The position numbers and the translations under genes were made by a program. A stretch of 64,000 nt of DNA from Mobula hypostoma (lineage: Eukaryota): NCBI RefSeq assembly GCF_963921235.1, contig NC_086108.1:72170001-72234000 (forward strand), in the 5' to 3' direction. Numbering within the stretch: position 1 is the stretch's first letter; each line of letters starts with the position of its first letter. Shown piece after piece: positions 34,540 through 48,611 of the stretch. The notes under the pieces are model-generated. The model saw only the letters and a list, made by a program, of their open reading frames with translations. It did not search any database and was not told the DNA's origin.

Positions 34540-34980
34540 AATGTTATAGAGCATTGCAGCATAGAAATAGGCCCTTCAGTCCAACTGTCCATGCTGACCA
34601 CAGCATCCTTCCTGTTACTCCAATTGCCCGTGTATGGCCCATATGCTCCAAGCCCCCTCCCCACACCCCCCATGTGCCTATCCACTTGCTCTCTAAAATG
34701 TTGCAATTGTACCCACCTCAGCCACTTCCTCTGGCAGCTCATTCCAGATATTCGTTATCCTCTCTGTGAAGGACTTTCCTCTCAGGCCTCCTTATAAATC
34801 TTTTCCTCCTATCTTCTTTCTGCGCTCTCTAGTTTTGTACTCTACAACTGTAGGAAAAAGACTGACTGTACGCTTTATCCATACCCCTCATGATTTTAAA
34901 AGATTCGGTGAGGTCACTTCTCAATTGCCTATGCTTTAAGAAATAAAAACCTCTCCCTATTACTCAGCCCCTTCAGACCA
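34540..34980 (-). mobile_element. Old CR1 3' fragment
   Basis: catagaaataggcccttcagtccaactgtccatgctgacc tail and typical CR1 3' UTR on the minus strand. Confidence 0.7.
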
Positions 34981-35659
34981 GGTCTGATGATCCTAGAATG
35001 CCCTGGTTTTCTTCATTTTCAATTCCTTACACAGTATGTTTAAATATCAAGCTCGAATGATTTATTCACCACTTCATGGTTTGTTGGACGATGAAATTCA
35101 TCAGAGTCTGCAGCGGTGTGTTGACCATTGCTGTTGGGTCTTCAAAATTTATTTTGGTTATGGGTCCATCACTTAAAAGTTCAAGTTGCCCTCACTCCTC
35201 TGCCTGGACAGTCTGCTCTCAGCAGATGCTCAAGGCTGCAAACCAAACTGAACTACTAAATCTGACTGAGTTAAGAGCCCACCAACAGCCACAATTCAGA
35301 ACAATATCCACACAGCCCCCTCGGCTTTGCTCCGACTGGGAACAGATGGGATTCGGTGTGTCTGCAAGGTGAAAAATGCACAGTCAGCACAAGTGTGATT
35401 TGCAACCAGATGGCAGAATTTCTCGACTGGTACAATTCAATCTGGAAACCAGTGTGATTGAGTTCCATTTTGGAAAATACATGGCTCCATTTTCACATTT
35501 CTAGGCTGCAATCCTCACCTCCTCTGCCTGGATAGTCTGCACTCAGTTGATGAAAAGGCAGAAAGAAACATGAGGCCTTAGTCTTTTTTGTATGGGACTG
35601 ACAGATGAGATGTAATTGAATGATCAGAGTATGTTTACCTCTTTGCTCACTTCATCTGA

Positions 35660-38393
35660 TGGGCATATGACAGAATGGCTACTTAGAGTGCCAGGCTTTA
35701 GATGTTTCAGAAAGGACAGGGAGGGAGTCAAAAGAGGTGGAGGTGTGGCACTGTTGATAAGAGATAGTGTCAGGACTGCAGAAAAGGAGGAAGTCATGGA
35801 GGGATTATCTACTGAGTCTCTGTGGGTGGAAGTTAGGAACAGGAAGGGGTCAATAACTCTACGACGTGTTTTTTATAGACCACCCAATAGTAACAGAGAC
35901 ATCGAGGAGCGGATAGGGAGACAGATTCTGGAAAGGTGTAATAATAACAGAGTTGTTGTGGTGCGAGATTTCAATTTCCCAAATATTGATTGGCGTCTCC
36001 CTAGAGCAAGGGGTTTAGATGGGGTAGACTTTGTTAGGTGTGTTCAGGAAGGTTTCTTGACACAACATATAGATAAGCTTACAAGAGGAGAAGCTGTACT
36101 TGATCTGGTATTGGGAAATGAACCTGGTCAGGTGTCAGGTCTCTCAGTGGGAGAGCATTTTGGAGAAAGTCATCATAATTCTATTTCCTTTACAATAGCA
36201 TTGGAGAGGGATAAGAACAGAAAAATTAGGAAAGTGTTTAATTGGAGTAAGGGGAAATATGAAGATATCAGCATGAACCTGGAAGCATAAATTGGGAACA
36301 GATGTTCTCAGGGAAATGTACAGCAAAAATGTGGCAAATGTTCAGCGGATATTTGTGTGGTGTTCTGTAGGTTCCAATGAAACAGGAAGAGGATGGTAGG
36401 GTACAGGAACTATGGTGTACAAAGGCTGTTGAAAATCTAGTCAAGAACAGAAGAAAAGCTTATGAAAGCATTCAAAAAACTAGGTAATGATAGAGATCTA
36501 GAAAATTATAAGGCTAGCAGGAAGGAGCTTAAAATGAAATTAGGAGAGCCAGAAGGGGCCATGAGAATGCCTTGGCGAGCAGAATTAAGGAAAACCCCAA
36601 GGCATTCTACAAATATGTGAAGAGCAAGAGGATAAGACATGAAAGAATAGGGCCAATCAAGTGTGACAGTGGAAAAGTGTGTATGGAGCAGGAGGAGATA
36701 GCAGAGGTACTTAATGAATACTTTGTAACAGTATTCACTACGGAAAAGGACCTTGGCGATTGTAGGGATGATTACAGCAGACTGAAAATCTTGAGCATAT
36801 AGACATTAAGAAAGAGAGTGTGCTGGAACTTTTGGAAAGCATCAAGTTAGATAAGTCCCTGGGACCGGACGGGATATATCCCTGGCTACTGTAAGAGGCA
36901 AGAAAGGAAATTGCTGAGCCTCTGGCAATGATCTTTGCATCATTAATGGGGATGGGAGAGGTTCCGGAAGATTGGAAGGTTGCAGGTGTTGTTTCCTTAT
37001 TCAAAAAAGGGAGTAGAGATAGCCCAGGAAATTATAGACCAGTGAGTCTTACTTTAGTAGTTGGTAAGTTGATGGAGAAGATCCTGAGAGGCAGGATTTA
37101 TGAATATTTGGAGAGGCATAATATGATTAGGAATAGTCAGAATGGCTTTGTCAAAGGCAGGTCATGCCTGGTTAAATTTTTTGAGGATGTGACTAAACTC
37201 ATTGATGAAGGTAGAGCAGTAGATGTAGTGTATATGGATTTCAGCAGAGCATTTCATAAGGTACCCATGCAACGTCTATTGAGAAAGTAAGAAGACATGG
37301 GATCCAAGGGGACCTTCCTTTATTGATCCAGAATTGGCTTGCCCACAAAAGGCAAAGACAGATCATATTCTGCATGGAGGTCGACGAACAGTGGTGTGCC
37401 TCAGGGATCTGTTCTGGGACCCCCTTCTCTTCGTGATTTTTATAAATGACCTGGATAAGGAAATGGAGGGATGGGTTAGTTAATTTGCTGATGATACAAA
37501 GGTTGGGGGTGTTGTAGATAGTGTGGAGGGCTGTCAGAGGTTACAGCGGGACATCGATTGGATGCAAAACTCGGCTGAGAAGTGGCAGATGGAATTCAAC
37601 CCAGATATGTGCGAGGTGGTTCATTTTGGTAGGTCAAATACGATGGCAGAATGTAGTATTAATGGTAAGACTCTTGACAGTGTGGAGGATCAGAGGGACC
37701 TTGGTGTCCAAATCCTTAGGACACTCAAAGCTGCTGCACAGGTTGACTATGTGGTTAAGAAGGCATACGGTGCATTGACTTTCATCAACCATGGGATTGA
37801 GTTCAAGAGCTGTGAACTAATGTTACAGCTATTTCGAAACCTGGTCAGACCCCACTTGGAGTACTGTGCTCAGTTCTGATCACCTCACTACAGGAAGGAT
37901 GTGGAAACTATAGAAAGGGTGCAGAGGAGATTTACAAGGATGTTGCCTGGATTGGGGAGCATGCTTTATGAGAACAGGTTGAGTGAACTTGGCCTTTGCT
38001 CCTTGGAGCAATGGAGGATGAGAGGTGACCTGACAGAGGTGTACAAGATGATGAGAGGCATTGATCGTATGGATAGTCAGAGGCTTTTTCCCAGGGCTGA
38101 AATGGCTAATGCGAGAGGGCACAGTTTTAAGGTGTTTGGATGTATGTACAGAGGAGATGTCAGGGGTAAGTTTTTTACGAAGAGAGTGGTGAGTGCGTGG
38201 AATGGGCTGCTGGCGACAGTGGTGAAGGCAGATACAATAGGGTCTTTTAAGAGACTCCCGGATACGTACTTGGAGCTTAGAAAAATAGAGGGCTATAGGT
38301 AACCCTCATTAATTTCTAAAGTAAGTACATGTTCGGCACAGCATTGTGGGCCGAAGGGCCTAGATTGTGCTGTAGGTTTTCTATGTTTCTATG
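35660..38393 (+). mobile_element. CR1 LINE ORF2 (APE endonuclease and RT), decayed
   Basis: GGGVALLIR, FYRPPN, RDFNFP, NYRPVSLT, YMDFSRAF, GVPQGSVLG, FADDTK and RPHLEYCAQF; (tctatgtt)n tail. Confidence 0.93.
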
Positions 38394-39254
38394 AACAGTG
38401 ACACTTCTGAAATGTGAGATCCCCAAAAATAGGAGGGTGGTCTGTGACAAGGTGTGTCCTCTACCTGTCATCCTAATACAATCCTTCCCTTTCACTTTCA
38501 TCAGGGCTCTATTGGAGTTGAGATGATTCCTGGCCTGCTGGGAACTCATGACTATCTGAAAGGAGGAAGGTATCCAGGTTGGTGAGGGGGTGGAAGAATG
38601 TAAGAGGTGAAATTATACACCATTGCCATCTTGTGATTATTTGAGATGGGGGAAAATAACGTGTTGGAATAGGGTACAGGAATTAGCTATGATTCTGCCA
38701 ATATCTTCAACCATCTCAGGACAATCGCTGATCATGGACTCTGTGAGGTCTAGTACAATTGTAGCCTGCAGTCCCTCAGTGTAAAGAATGATCTGTCAGG
38801 GCCACGTTCTTTCCCCATTGGTCTGTTGCAAATCGTGCAGCACCTTGTTCTACATGAGGGGGACATGTGGAAGTGCTTGTAATTGCAGGGGTTTGCATGG
38901 AGTACGTACAATAGATGAATAGCCAGCTGTGAGGTATAGGTGTGAGCTGCAGTGGTGGTAATTGTGTGCACGTGTGCTGGGATATTTAAGGTTAGCCCTG
39001 GCTTATATTGAAACCATTAAATAGATACGGCATAGGTCTAACGTGGGCAATTGGAGTTAGTGTAGATAGGGAGAAAGGTTGGCATGAATGAGGTGAGCTG
39101 AGGGTTCACTGGTTTACAATACTGTGGCTCTATGACATGTTAGCAAATTCAAAACAAACTGTGGAATGACTTCCACTACAGTTGCACTGCAGATGGTAGT
39201 CATGCATTTATAAAGGCTGACTTCAATTACTGTTAACTCTTTTAAATTGATACA

Positions 39255-39476
39255 TAAACACAAGTGATTCTGCAGATGCTGGAAATCCAGAGCGAGTCAC
39301 ACGAAATGCTGGAGGAACTCAGCAGGTCAGGCAGCATTTATGGAGGGGAATAAACAGTCAGTGTTTCAGGCTGAGACCCTTCAGTAGTCCTGATGAATGG
39401 GCCCGAAACACTGACTGTTTATTCCTCTCCATAAATGCTGACTGACCTGCTGAGTTCCTCCAGCATTTTGTGTGTT
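39255..39476. mobile_element. Penelope pseudo-LTR fold-back element
   Basis: Inverted arms at about 39298-39368 and 39405-39475 around a degenerate hammerhead agtcCTGATGA...GAAAcactgact. Confidence 0.85.
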
Positions 39477-40105
39477 AAACTGATGCAATTATCCAAAAAG
39501 ACAGCTCTCATTTTGTTTGATGTTCTAGGGGAAAGAAGCAACCCAATTAACATTGGATGCTCACTGAAATCATGCCCATTAACTGGCTGCACAAATTTTG
39601 TATGTGTTTTGCTCTGGGACATGGGATCATGGGCTAATCATAGTTTGTGATCCAATGCCTAGTTTCTGGTACTATCTGCTTTAGCCACTCTCCTCCTCCC
39701 ATCCCTCCATGTGCTCTTGCTCCCTCCCACAGAAAGCAGAAATTGGATGGTACTATTAAACAGACCTGTGCCTGACAATACATGATGAGCCTTTTTTAGC
39801 CAATGGGGGTTGTGTGAGAAATTTGTCCTCAAAACCTATTTGCATGATTGGATTGAGAAGCAAGTACTATGCATTACCTGATCACAGGCACATTCACCAT
39901 AATACTGCAGAGGCTAGCACAAGCTGGAACTACCCAGTGAAAATCTGATCCTGGCCTGCATTTCTTCAAGAAACAGTTCCAAAGAATCATGGAACTATCA
40001 TGGAATCATGGCATGCACACTGACATGGTGGAGAAGAGGAGGAGGAAGCCAACTTTCCTCAGGAACTGCTCTAGCAGCAGCGCTGGATGAGGTGAAGAGG
40101 CAGAG

Positions 40106-40200
40106 CAACACACACAAAATGCTGGAAGAACTCAGCAGGCCAAGCAGCATCTATGGAAAAGAGTACAGTTGATGTTTCAGGCCGAGACCCTTTATCAGAC
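40106..40200 (-). mobile_element. Penelope pseudo-LTR fragment with degenerate hammerhead
   Basis: Minus strand reads gtCTGATAAagggtctcggcctGAAAcatcaactgt. Confidence 0.8.
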
Positions 40201-41854
40201 CCTTCTAGTTTGTGAGGAAGATGTTTTCTACACAAGGCAGAAAACTGTCTGGGCCATACTTTTGACCCCTTATTTAGACAGTGTCTGTGGAAGAAGAAGC
40301 AGAGCTATTAAATAGCTGGGACCGCTGCCTATGCTAATTGCAGGACTCACATGAGCTTAACACTATGTTCATTAGTGTTGGCCAGTTTTGCAGAGCTGGC
40401 AACAGTTCAATTTTCCATGAGGACTTATGTTATGCATTGCTTCCATGTGCAATTTCACTGCATTTACCATTGCCTTTATGGAATGACCAGCCATTGTATT
40501 TGGTGAAAATATCCACTACCTATTTGCTGATTAATTTGGATTAATTTCACCAACTGGAGCACTGATAAAATAAATGGTAAGGAAGGGCCAATGATACATG
40601 AGACATTGTCACTACTTTGATGTTAAGACAATGCATTGCTGGATATTTCACTTATTCTGAAGGAGTCAGTAAGAGTTGGTTGTATTTTATGGAGATCTAA
40701 ATGACATTAATGAAATCCAGACTGAAAACATTGGTCTTTGCTGAAGTTTTTAATTTATTACCCTCATTAATCAGTTTTCACAGGACAAGAACACTTTTAG
40801 TTAAACCAAGAAGTAATTGTTAGTCTGTCAGAAATCACAGGGCACTGATGACTAATGACACTGAAATTGCTTTTGCAAGAAGCCCACACATGAAGTGAGG
40901 CTAATTCTGGAGCAGAAACTGAGTCCAGTGATAGGCTGATGGCAGGAAAAGCATTCTAAGTGGAGGGACAGATGAAAGGAAATTAACATGTGGGTGGTTT
41001 AAGGAAAAAATAGCCCACCACCCTTTTTGACAAACCAGATTGTGGCTGTTTTAACAGCGAGCACTCTTCAGCTGGAAATGTGGGGCAGTGGCAGAACTTG
41101 GTTGATTGTCATATTGCTTCCCATTAACTTTCTCATTAGTTATTGTTTCTTCAAAATGATTTTCCACCAACTCCTCCAAAAGTTTATAACCCAAAGTCAA
41201 AGGAACTCTGCCAAATGCAGGCAGAATTTATGGTATCCAAGTCCTCCTCTGTGTCTCATCCAGCAGAATTTATTTATGCAGTTGAGGCATTTATTAGGGC
41301 TCAAGTATGACTGATCAGAAGCCAATTCCTTATTTTAAAGAATGTAATCAGACTGGAATAAATATTAATAAACTGGCTTTAAGAAAACTCCTCCTCAGTC
41401 CTGGCATGTGTTGGATTTCCAGTACTGACAATGCCTGAAAGCAATGTTAATTGGCTGTATTCTCTGCAGATTTAATCAAATCACATGATCTATTTTTCTG
41501 TATCACCCACTCCTATCCTCCCACTATTAGGTGTCTGTTGTCCATTGACCATTATTCAGGCCTATTGACCATTTTCCAGGCCATCTATCCACCACACAAA
41601 TTGGGAAACAGTTTCTTCATTACCTGGTTGGATACTTGAAGACTCTCATTCAGCACTTTTTTGGCAATCCCATTATATTGCAGTTCCAAGTTTTTTTTTG
41701 CTGGACAGGAGATTGGAATAGAGTTCCCACAGAGAATGGAGCAGGGCAGTGTAGCCAGCCGTAGCAATCCTAACCCCAGAAAGTGAGATAATGAATCCAA
41801 GGAAGTGAAGGGAAGAATCAAAGAAGTGAAGAAGAATGTAGGACGGCCTCCGAG

Positions 41855-42010
41855 CTTCTCACTTCGTCCCCCTTCCCCAACCCACTTACCATCCTCATAC
41901 CTAGTTTCATCTATCACCTTCCAGCTTATACTCCTTTCCCTCTCCCACCTTCTTATTTTGGCTTCTTCCCCCTTCCTTCCCAATTTTGATCCAAAACATC
42001 AACTGCACGA
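41855..42010 (+). mobile_element. Penelope 3' pyrimidine-rich fragment
   Basis: Similar to 5300-5540 (ctatcaccttccagc...cccaccttcttattt...aaaacatcaactg). Confidence 0.55.
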
Positions 42011-42079
42011 AAAAGGATGAAGGATAAGGTTCCAGTTAGAAACCATATAGAATAACTTAGACCAGAATGTAGTTATGAA

Positions 42080-44285
42080 TGTAGGTATGAGACGTGAATT
42101 ATCTAAGATAGACTGGCAAATGATACTTAAGGGGCTGACGGTGGATATGCAATGGCAAGCATTTAAAGATCGCATGGATGAACTACAACAATTGTTCATC
42201 CCATTTTGGCAAAAGAATAAATCAGGGAAGGTAGTGCACCCATGGCTGACAAGGGAAATTAAGGATAGTATCAATTCCAGAGAAAAAACATACAAATTAG
42301 CCAGAAAAAGCGGCACACCTGAGGACTGGGAGAAATTCAGAGTCCAGCAGAGGAGGACAAAGGGCTTAATTAGAAAAGGGAAAAAAGATTATGAGAGAAA
42401 GCTGGCAAGGAACATAAAAACTGACTGTAAAAGCTTTTATAGATATGTGAAAAGAAAAAGATTGGTTAAGACAAATGTAGGTCCCTTACAGTCAGAAACA
42501 GGTGAATTGATCATGGGGAACAAGGACATGGCAGACCAATTGAATTACTACTTTGGGTCTGTCTTCGCTAAGGAGGACATAAATAATCTTCCGGAAGTAG
42601 TAGGAGACCGAGTGTCTAGTGAGATGGAGGAACTGAGGGAAATACATGTTCATAGTGAAGTGGTGTTAGGTAAATTGAAGGGATTGAAGGCAAATAAATC
42701 CCCAGGGCCAGATGGTCTGCATCCCAGAGTTCTTAAGAAAGTAGCCCAAGAAATAGTGGATGCATTAGTGATAATTTTTCAAAACTCTTTAGATTCTGCA
42801 TTAGTTCCTGAGGATTGGAGGGTGGCTAATGTAACCCCACTTTTTAAAAAAGGAGGGCGAGAGAAACTGTGGAATTATAGACCGGTGAGCCTGACATTGG
42901 TGGTGGGGAAAATGCTAGAGTCAGTTACCAAAGATGTGATAACAGCACATTTGGAAAGCAGTGAAATCATCAGACAAAGTCAGCATGGATTTGTGAAAGG
43001 AAAATCATGTCTGACGAATCTCATAGAATTTTTTGAGGATGTAACTAGTAGAGTGGATAGGGGAGAACCAGTGGTTGTGGTATAGTTGGATTTTCAAAAG
43101 GCTTTTGACAAGGTCCCACACAGGAGATTAGTGTGCAAACTTAAAGCACACGGTATTGGGGGTAAGGTATTGATGTGGATAGAGAATTGGTTGGCAGACA
43201 GGAAGCAAAGAGTGGGAATAAACGGGACCTTTACAGAATGGCAGGCAGTGACCAGTGGGGTACCGCAAGGCTCAGTGCTGGGACCCCAGTTGTTTACAAT
43301 ATATATTAATGACTTGGACGAGGGAATTAAATGCAGCATCTCCAAGTTTGCAGATGACACGAAGCTGGGCGGCAGTGTTAGCTGTGAGGAGGATGCTAAG
43401 AGAATGCTGGGTGACTTGGATAGGTTAGGTGAGTGGGCAAATTCATGGCAGAAGCAATTTAAGGTAGATAAATGTGAGGTTATCCACTTTGGTGGCAAAA
43501 ACAGGAAAACAGATTATTATCTGAATGGTGGCCAATTAGGAAAAGGGGAGGTGCAACGAGACCTGGGTGTCATTGTACACCAGTCATTGAAAGTTGGCAT
43601 GCAGGTACAGCAGGCAGTGAAAAAAGCGAATGGTATGCTGGCATTCATAGCAAGAGGATTCGAGTTCAGGAGCAGGGAGGTTCTACTGCAGTTGTACAAG
43701 GCCTTGGTGAGACCACACCAGAGTATTGTGTGCAGTTTTGGTCCCCTAATCTGAGGAAAGACATTCTTGCCATAGAGGGAGTACAAAGAAGTTTCACCTG
43801 ATTGATTTCTGGAATGGCAAGACGTTCATATGATGAAAGACTGGATGGACTAGGCTTATACTCTCTGGAATTTAGAAGATTGAGGGGGGATCTGATTGAA
43901 ATGTATAAAATCCTAAAGGGATTGGACAGGCTAGATGCAAGAAGATTGTTCCCGATGTTGGGGAAGTCCAGAATGAGGGGTCACAGTTTGAGGATAAAGG
44001 GGAAGCCTTTTAGGACCGAGATGAGGAAAAACTTCTTCACACAGAGAGTGGTGAATCTGTGGAATTCTCTGCCACAGGAAACATTTGATGCCAATTCATT
44101 GGCTATATTTAAGAGGGAGTTAGATGTGGCCCTTGTGGCTAAAGGGATCGGGGGTATGGAGAGAAGGCGGGTATAGGGTTCTGAGTTGGATGATCAGCCA
44201 TGATCGTCATGAATGGCGGTGCAGGCTCGAAGGGCCGAAAGGCCTACTCCTGCACCTATTTTCTTATGTTTGTATGTTTTTATGA
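42080..44285 (+). mobile_element. CR1 LINE, well-preserved RT half of ORF2 plus 3' UTR
   Basis: 336-aa and 222-aa in-frame ORFs split by one stop; KSPGPDGLHPRVLK, NYRPVSLT, DFQKAFDKVPH, GVPQGSVLGP and KFADDTK. Confidence 0.95.
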
Positions 44286-44344
44286 AATTGAGCTTTCATA
44301 GATACGTAATCAAAGAGGAGAAAATAAACTTGTGAAGTTTTTAA

Positions 44345-45165
44345 GCAAAGTCAGAATGGTACTGAACAGCGACTCCTTTGCTTGCATCTTCAGAAGGGCT
44401 CTATTTCTATCTTCGATATTTCTTTTTCCTTTTCAAGGTTCTTTTGAAGACCCTGACCCGGAACTACGCTCTGACTTTGGTTCTTTGTGGGAATGGGACC
44501 CGCTTTCAGGGCCTCATGACCGGCCACTTTTCGATATGCCAAGGACGCAGCCTGGAAGACTAGCGCACCTTCAGGGTGCCAGATTTTTGTGGCTCTGGAG
44601 ACGGGCTGATTCAAGGCCGGTGCTCCTGACTGAGGTGCTGCGGGAGAACACGTAACATTGGGAGCTGTACGTCCAGAGACCTGAGCTTTTCCAGTACCGA
44701 TTCTCTGGGTGCAGAGCTCAGGAGAAGCAACACAACAGACTTTTAACGTCATAAATCAGTCTGTTTTGTCTCTCCTCTCATTGTGAAATGGAGACTTCTC
44801 TTTTTCCCTTATTAGGAAGAGAGAGCGAGAGCCTGTGGTATGTCCAATTACTGGGTGAATGAGTAGTCTTTGGAGCACTACAAGTCTGTGTCCTTATAGA
44901 TGTTTTGCTGCACGCTTGTATGCTTGGTGGAGGCTGCCGATGCTTTTTTGCTGGTGGGGGAAAGTGGAGGGGGGTTCATTGCTTTGCTGCTGCTTGTGCA
45001 TGGGACGGGGGAGTTTTGGGGGGGGCTTTGAGACTCTAACGTTTAACTGTCGTTCATTCTTTGGGCATTCCTCTGTTCTTGTGGATGGTTGTGAAGAAAA
45101 AGAATTGTAAGAGATATATTGTATACATTTCTCTGACATAAAATGGACCTGCTGAACCTATTGAA
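44345..45165 (+). mobile_element. Non-coding interspersed repeat, probable retroposon 3' part
   Basis: CpG-rich block contrasting with its flanks, ending cataaaatggacctgctgaacctattgaa (poly(A)-signal-like motif plus short repeat tail); no recognisable ORF. Confidence 0.45.
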
Positions 45166-48100
45166 AAATAGAAAAAACTGAAATCTCCTCATAGAACAGG
45201 TTAGACAGTTCTGCATGGCCACTCAAGACCACATTTCCTTTATGGCTAATGCACAGTCCAGGATTATTTTCATTGATAGAGAACATAAATGCAGCCACAC
45301 ATTTTGATAATAAAACTATCAATTGCCACATTTCATACGTAGTTGGAAAAAGCAACAAGAACCACTCATGAATTCTGGCTATCCTACTGTGCAGGTTTCC
45401 CCCAGTGTCTGTGAACTGTCACTGAACCAGGCACGTGGCCAGCCATCAATTTCTTTGTCTTCTATCCTCATCCAGGACAGTGACCGGAGGGTAAGATGAG
45501 TGGGTGTTTATTCAGAGTTAGCATTGTGACTGCTTTGCTGGTCACTGGTATTTCATAATTAGGCAAAAGACAGGGCCTATTGATTAATTTCAACGTTATT
45601 TTTGAGTCATAGGTTCATGGAGTAATGCAGCGTGGTTACAAATCCTTTGTCCATCGTGACTATGTTGTCCAACTAGCTACTAACAATTTCCAGCCTGCAG
45701 ATCTCATCCCTGCTCTCAATGCATACATTGTACCTTCCAAATACAATTACTATATTAAATTTTTACTTTGCTATTGTTTTCCATTCATTGAAATACTTTC
45801 CAATTTCTTAAGTTCTTGCTTTCAGTTTTTAATTTGTTTTTTTTTTTCTGTCCATAAAGTTACTATAGTATTTCCATTGGGTTTCTGAATTCAAATGGCA
45901 AACTCAAACCAAAAGCTGCAGAGGCCCTATCATGGTTCCTCGGTACATCCTGTACAGCACACCCTTCATCCTGTAACATCTCCCTAATCCTTCACAGTAT
46001 TTTTTCCCTTACCTTTCAACCAAATCATTACCCATTTCCAATGTTTGCCATAAATCTTTATTGCCATAATTTTTATTGCCTGATTTTAATGACATTCTTT
46101 ATGATAAATACAGTCATGAATTTTCTGAAGGACTTAGTGCATGTGATGGCAATGGTTTCCAATTTTCACTTAGCAGTCTCAGTTGTCTAGAATAAGTCAC
46201 TAATCCTATTGCTTGTATGCCTATTCCATGTTACTGGGGCTGATGCATTAGCTGGAAAGTATGCATTCATTATTGCAAGTACTGAACAAAAATTGGCCCT
46301 GATTCTCTTGTGATACTGTGATACAATTTGATTTGGATGAGATTGGCTGAAAGGAGTTGCCTCAACTTGGCAAGATGCACTTTTAATTAAAAGTACAGGA
46401 GGTCATTTATGTAATAAGGCGGGAGCATTTTCCAGCATCTTACTGAATATCATACCATCGTAACCAGCTGAAAACACAATAATTTATCCCCTGCAGGTTA
46501 CATAAAATGAATGTCATTTTGCTTGGATTTCTTTAATGCCACAAATTATCTGATCAGTTCAATTTGTTATTTGCACCAATCCAATGGTTACTTTAACAGG
46601 ATTTCAATATTCCTATAAATCTAGTTCTTTTATGAATGCTATTTTTTATCTTAATTTTGACTTCAACATGCCCATATATATTGCCCCAGAATTCTGCACC
46701 ATGTATTCTGTATATAGGTGAAGAATCTGTTCCATTTACTCAACTGAGCAGTGGCATCCTTCAACACCTTTCATTTACTTGTGCTTTCCATATAAAATGT
46801 GCTGACTGGCATCTAAATATCTACAGAAGACTATCATTAAGTAAATAGTTCAGCATCTGTAATTCCAAATAACAAATGTTGCTTTCCAAACAAAGCAATC
46901 AGAAGATAATCTATTCCATTTTGATTATTGAGCTATGTTCACTTGGTTTCTGTCTCTGCCACTTGCTAAAGCGGGGAATGAGGCAGCAGAACAGGATACA
47001 ATTGCTATTGAAAATACATCCAATTCATCCGGTGAATAAAAAGTAAAGAACTATTTATTGAAGCTGACACCATGCCCATGCTGAAACTAGATTACATAGC
47101 TGGATGGAGAAGAATGAAGTAAATAGAATAGGGATCAGTGAATGGGGATTGAAGCATATGTGGAGGACAAACGCCAACATGAACTAGTTGTCATGTTAGA
47201 CTGCCGAATCCCATGTTTTAATATCAATGTAATTCCATGTTAAGCACTGGTTATGCAACAAAGCTGGCATGTTTAAGCTTGTAATCAGTATCTGGACTGG
47301 AAAGTTGCTATTTTTATAGTTAGTGAGATTTTAGAATCAGTAACTGAATAACACGCCCATTGCAACAGCGGAATGCTTTCAGATCAAGGTAAAGGTCTTA
47401 AAATGAAATTAAAATTATACAGTGGAATGAATGATATTGGTGGCAAGTACCAAAATTCTGGCCATCATTCACCTGAATGATGCTAGTCTATATTTGGTAT
47501 GCATCCAAGTTGCCATGACCTGAAACAAAAAGTAACAGTTAAATTACATTTCAGAGCAAAGGCTCTAATTTGATGATAGACAGAGTTCATGGACTGAATG
47601 AAATTAATTTGATTGATATACTGTATTGAAACAATAAAGCCAAGTAAATTTACGTAATAATGGAACCTATATCCAAAGAATTGACTCTGTGTCATAAGGA
47701 TCTTGAGTAATATCTTACTATGGTTGTAGTTTGGGTTTAACTCTAGAGAATAATAAGTATTAATAGAAAATTATGCCAGGAAGGGAGTATTGCAAAGTCA
47801 AAACACATATTCTTATCTAACCAAGGTTTAATATTGCAGGGTGAGAACCACTATTATAAAAAAGTTAGTAAATATATTGCCCTGGAGTGACAATCAAATT
47901 GAATATTGTAGTGGTTTTCACCCTGCAGTGTGAGATTGTCTTGAGTAGGAAGGTGCATCTAAGTTTATAGGTGTTTTGTGAGGCATTGATCATGTTTAAG
48001 TAAGGTTGACAATAAAAAGTACAAATACACTTGACACATTAGTTGATGACCTTCCCTTCCATTGCCACCAGGAATTTAAGCAAGTTTTGTTAGTACGATA

Positions 48101-48611
48101 AGAAAATGATTCCTAATAAACATAGCTAAAATAGAAACTTATGCAAAACAGAAAAGGCTAAGGAGAGGGCAGAGAAACATTGTGCATGTATCATTGGCAA
48201 GTCCAGGAGCACACTATATCAGTGGTGCTGGAGTTGCTTATAGATCAGACCAAGCTCAGTTGTTCAGAGATTATGTCTGAAAGAACTTGCTCCACTTATA
48301 GGATGATAGACGTCACACATTCTCCCCTTTCCACACTCCTCTCCCAAAGCTGACCATTAAAATCAACGTTGTTATTCATCAAGGGTATATTAGATTTATG
48401 GAAACAAGTCAAGTAGATGCAGTTAAAGAATAGATCAGCCATCTTCTAAGTGAATGGTGGAACAAGCTAGAGAGCCTGTTTCTCTATGTATGATCCCACC
48501 CATGACTAGAGAATTGCATTATCAGTTTTTCATTTTGGGTGGAAAAGGCAAAAATTTGGAGGTGTTACTCTCCAAGTGTACATATGCAAGGCATAAATGG
48601 TTGCTCTAAAA

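Noticed and set aside
42075..44176. Active autonomous CR1
   Set aside because: 5'-truncated with no endonuclease domain, an in-frame stop at 43083-43085 and a frameshift near 43720.
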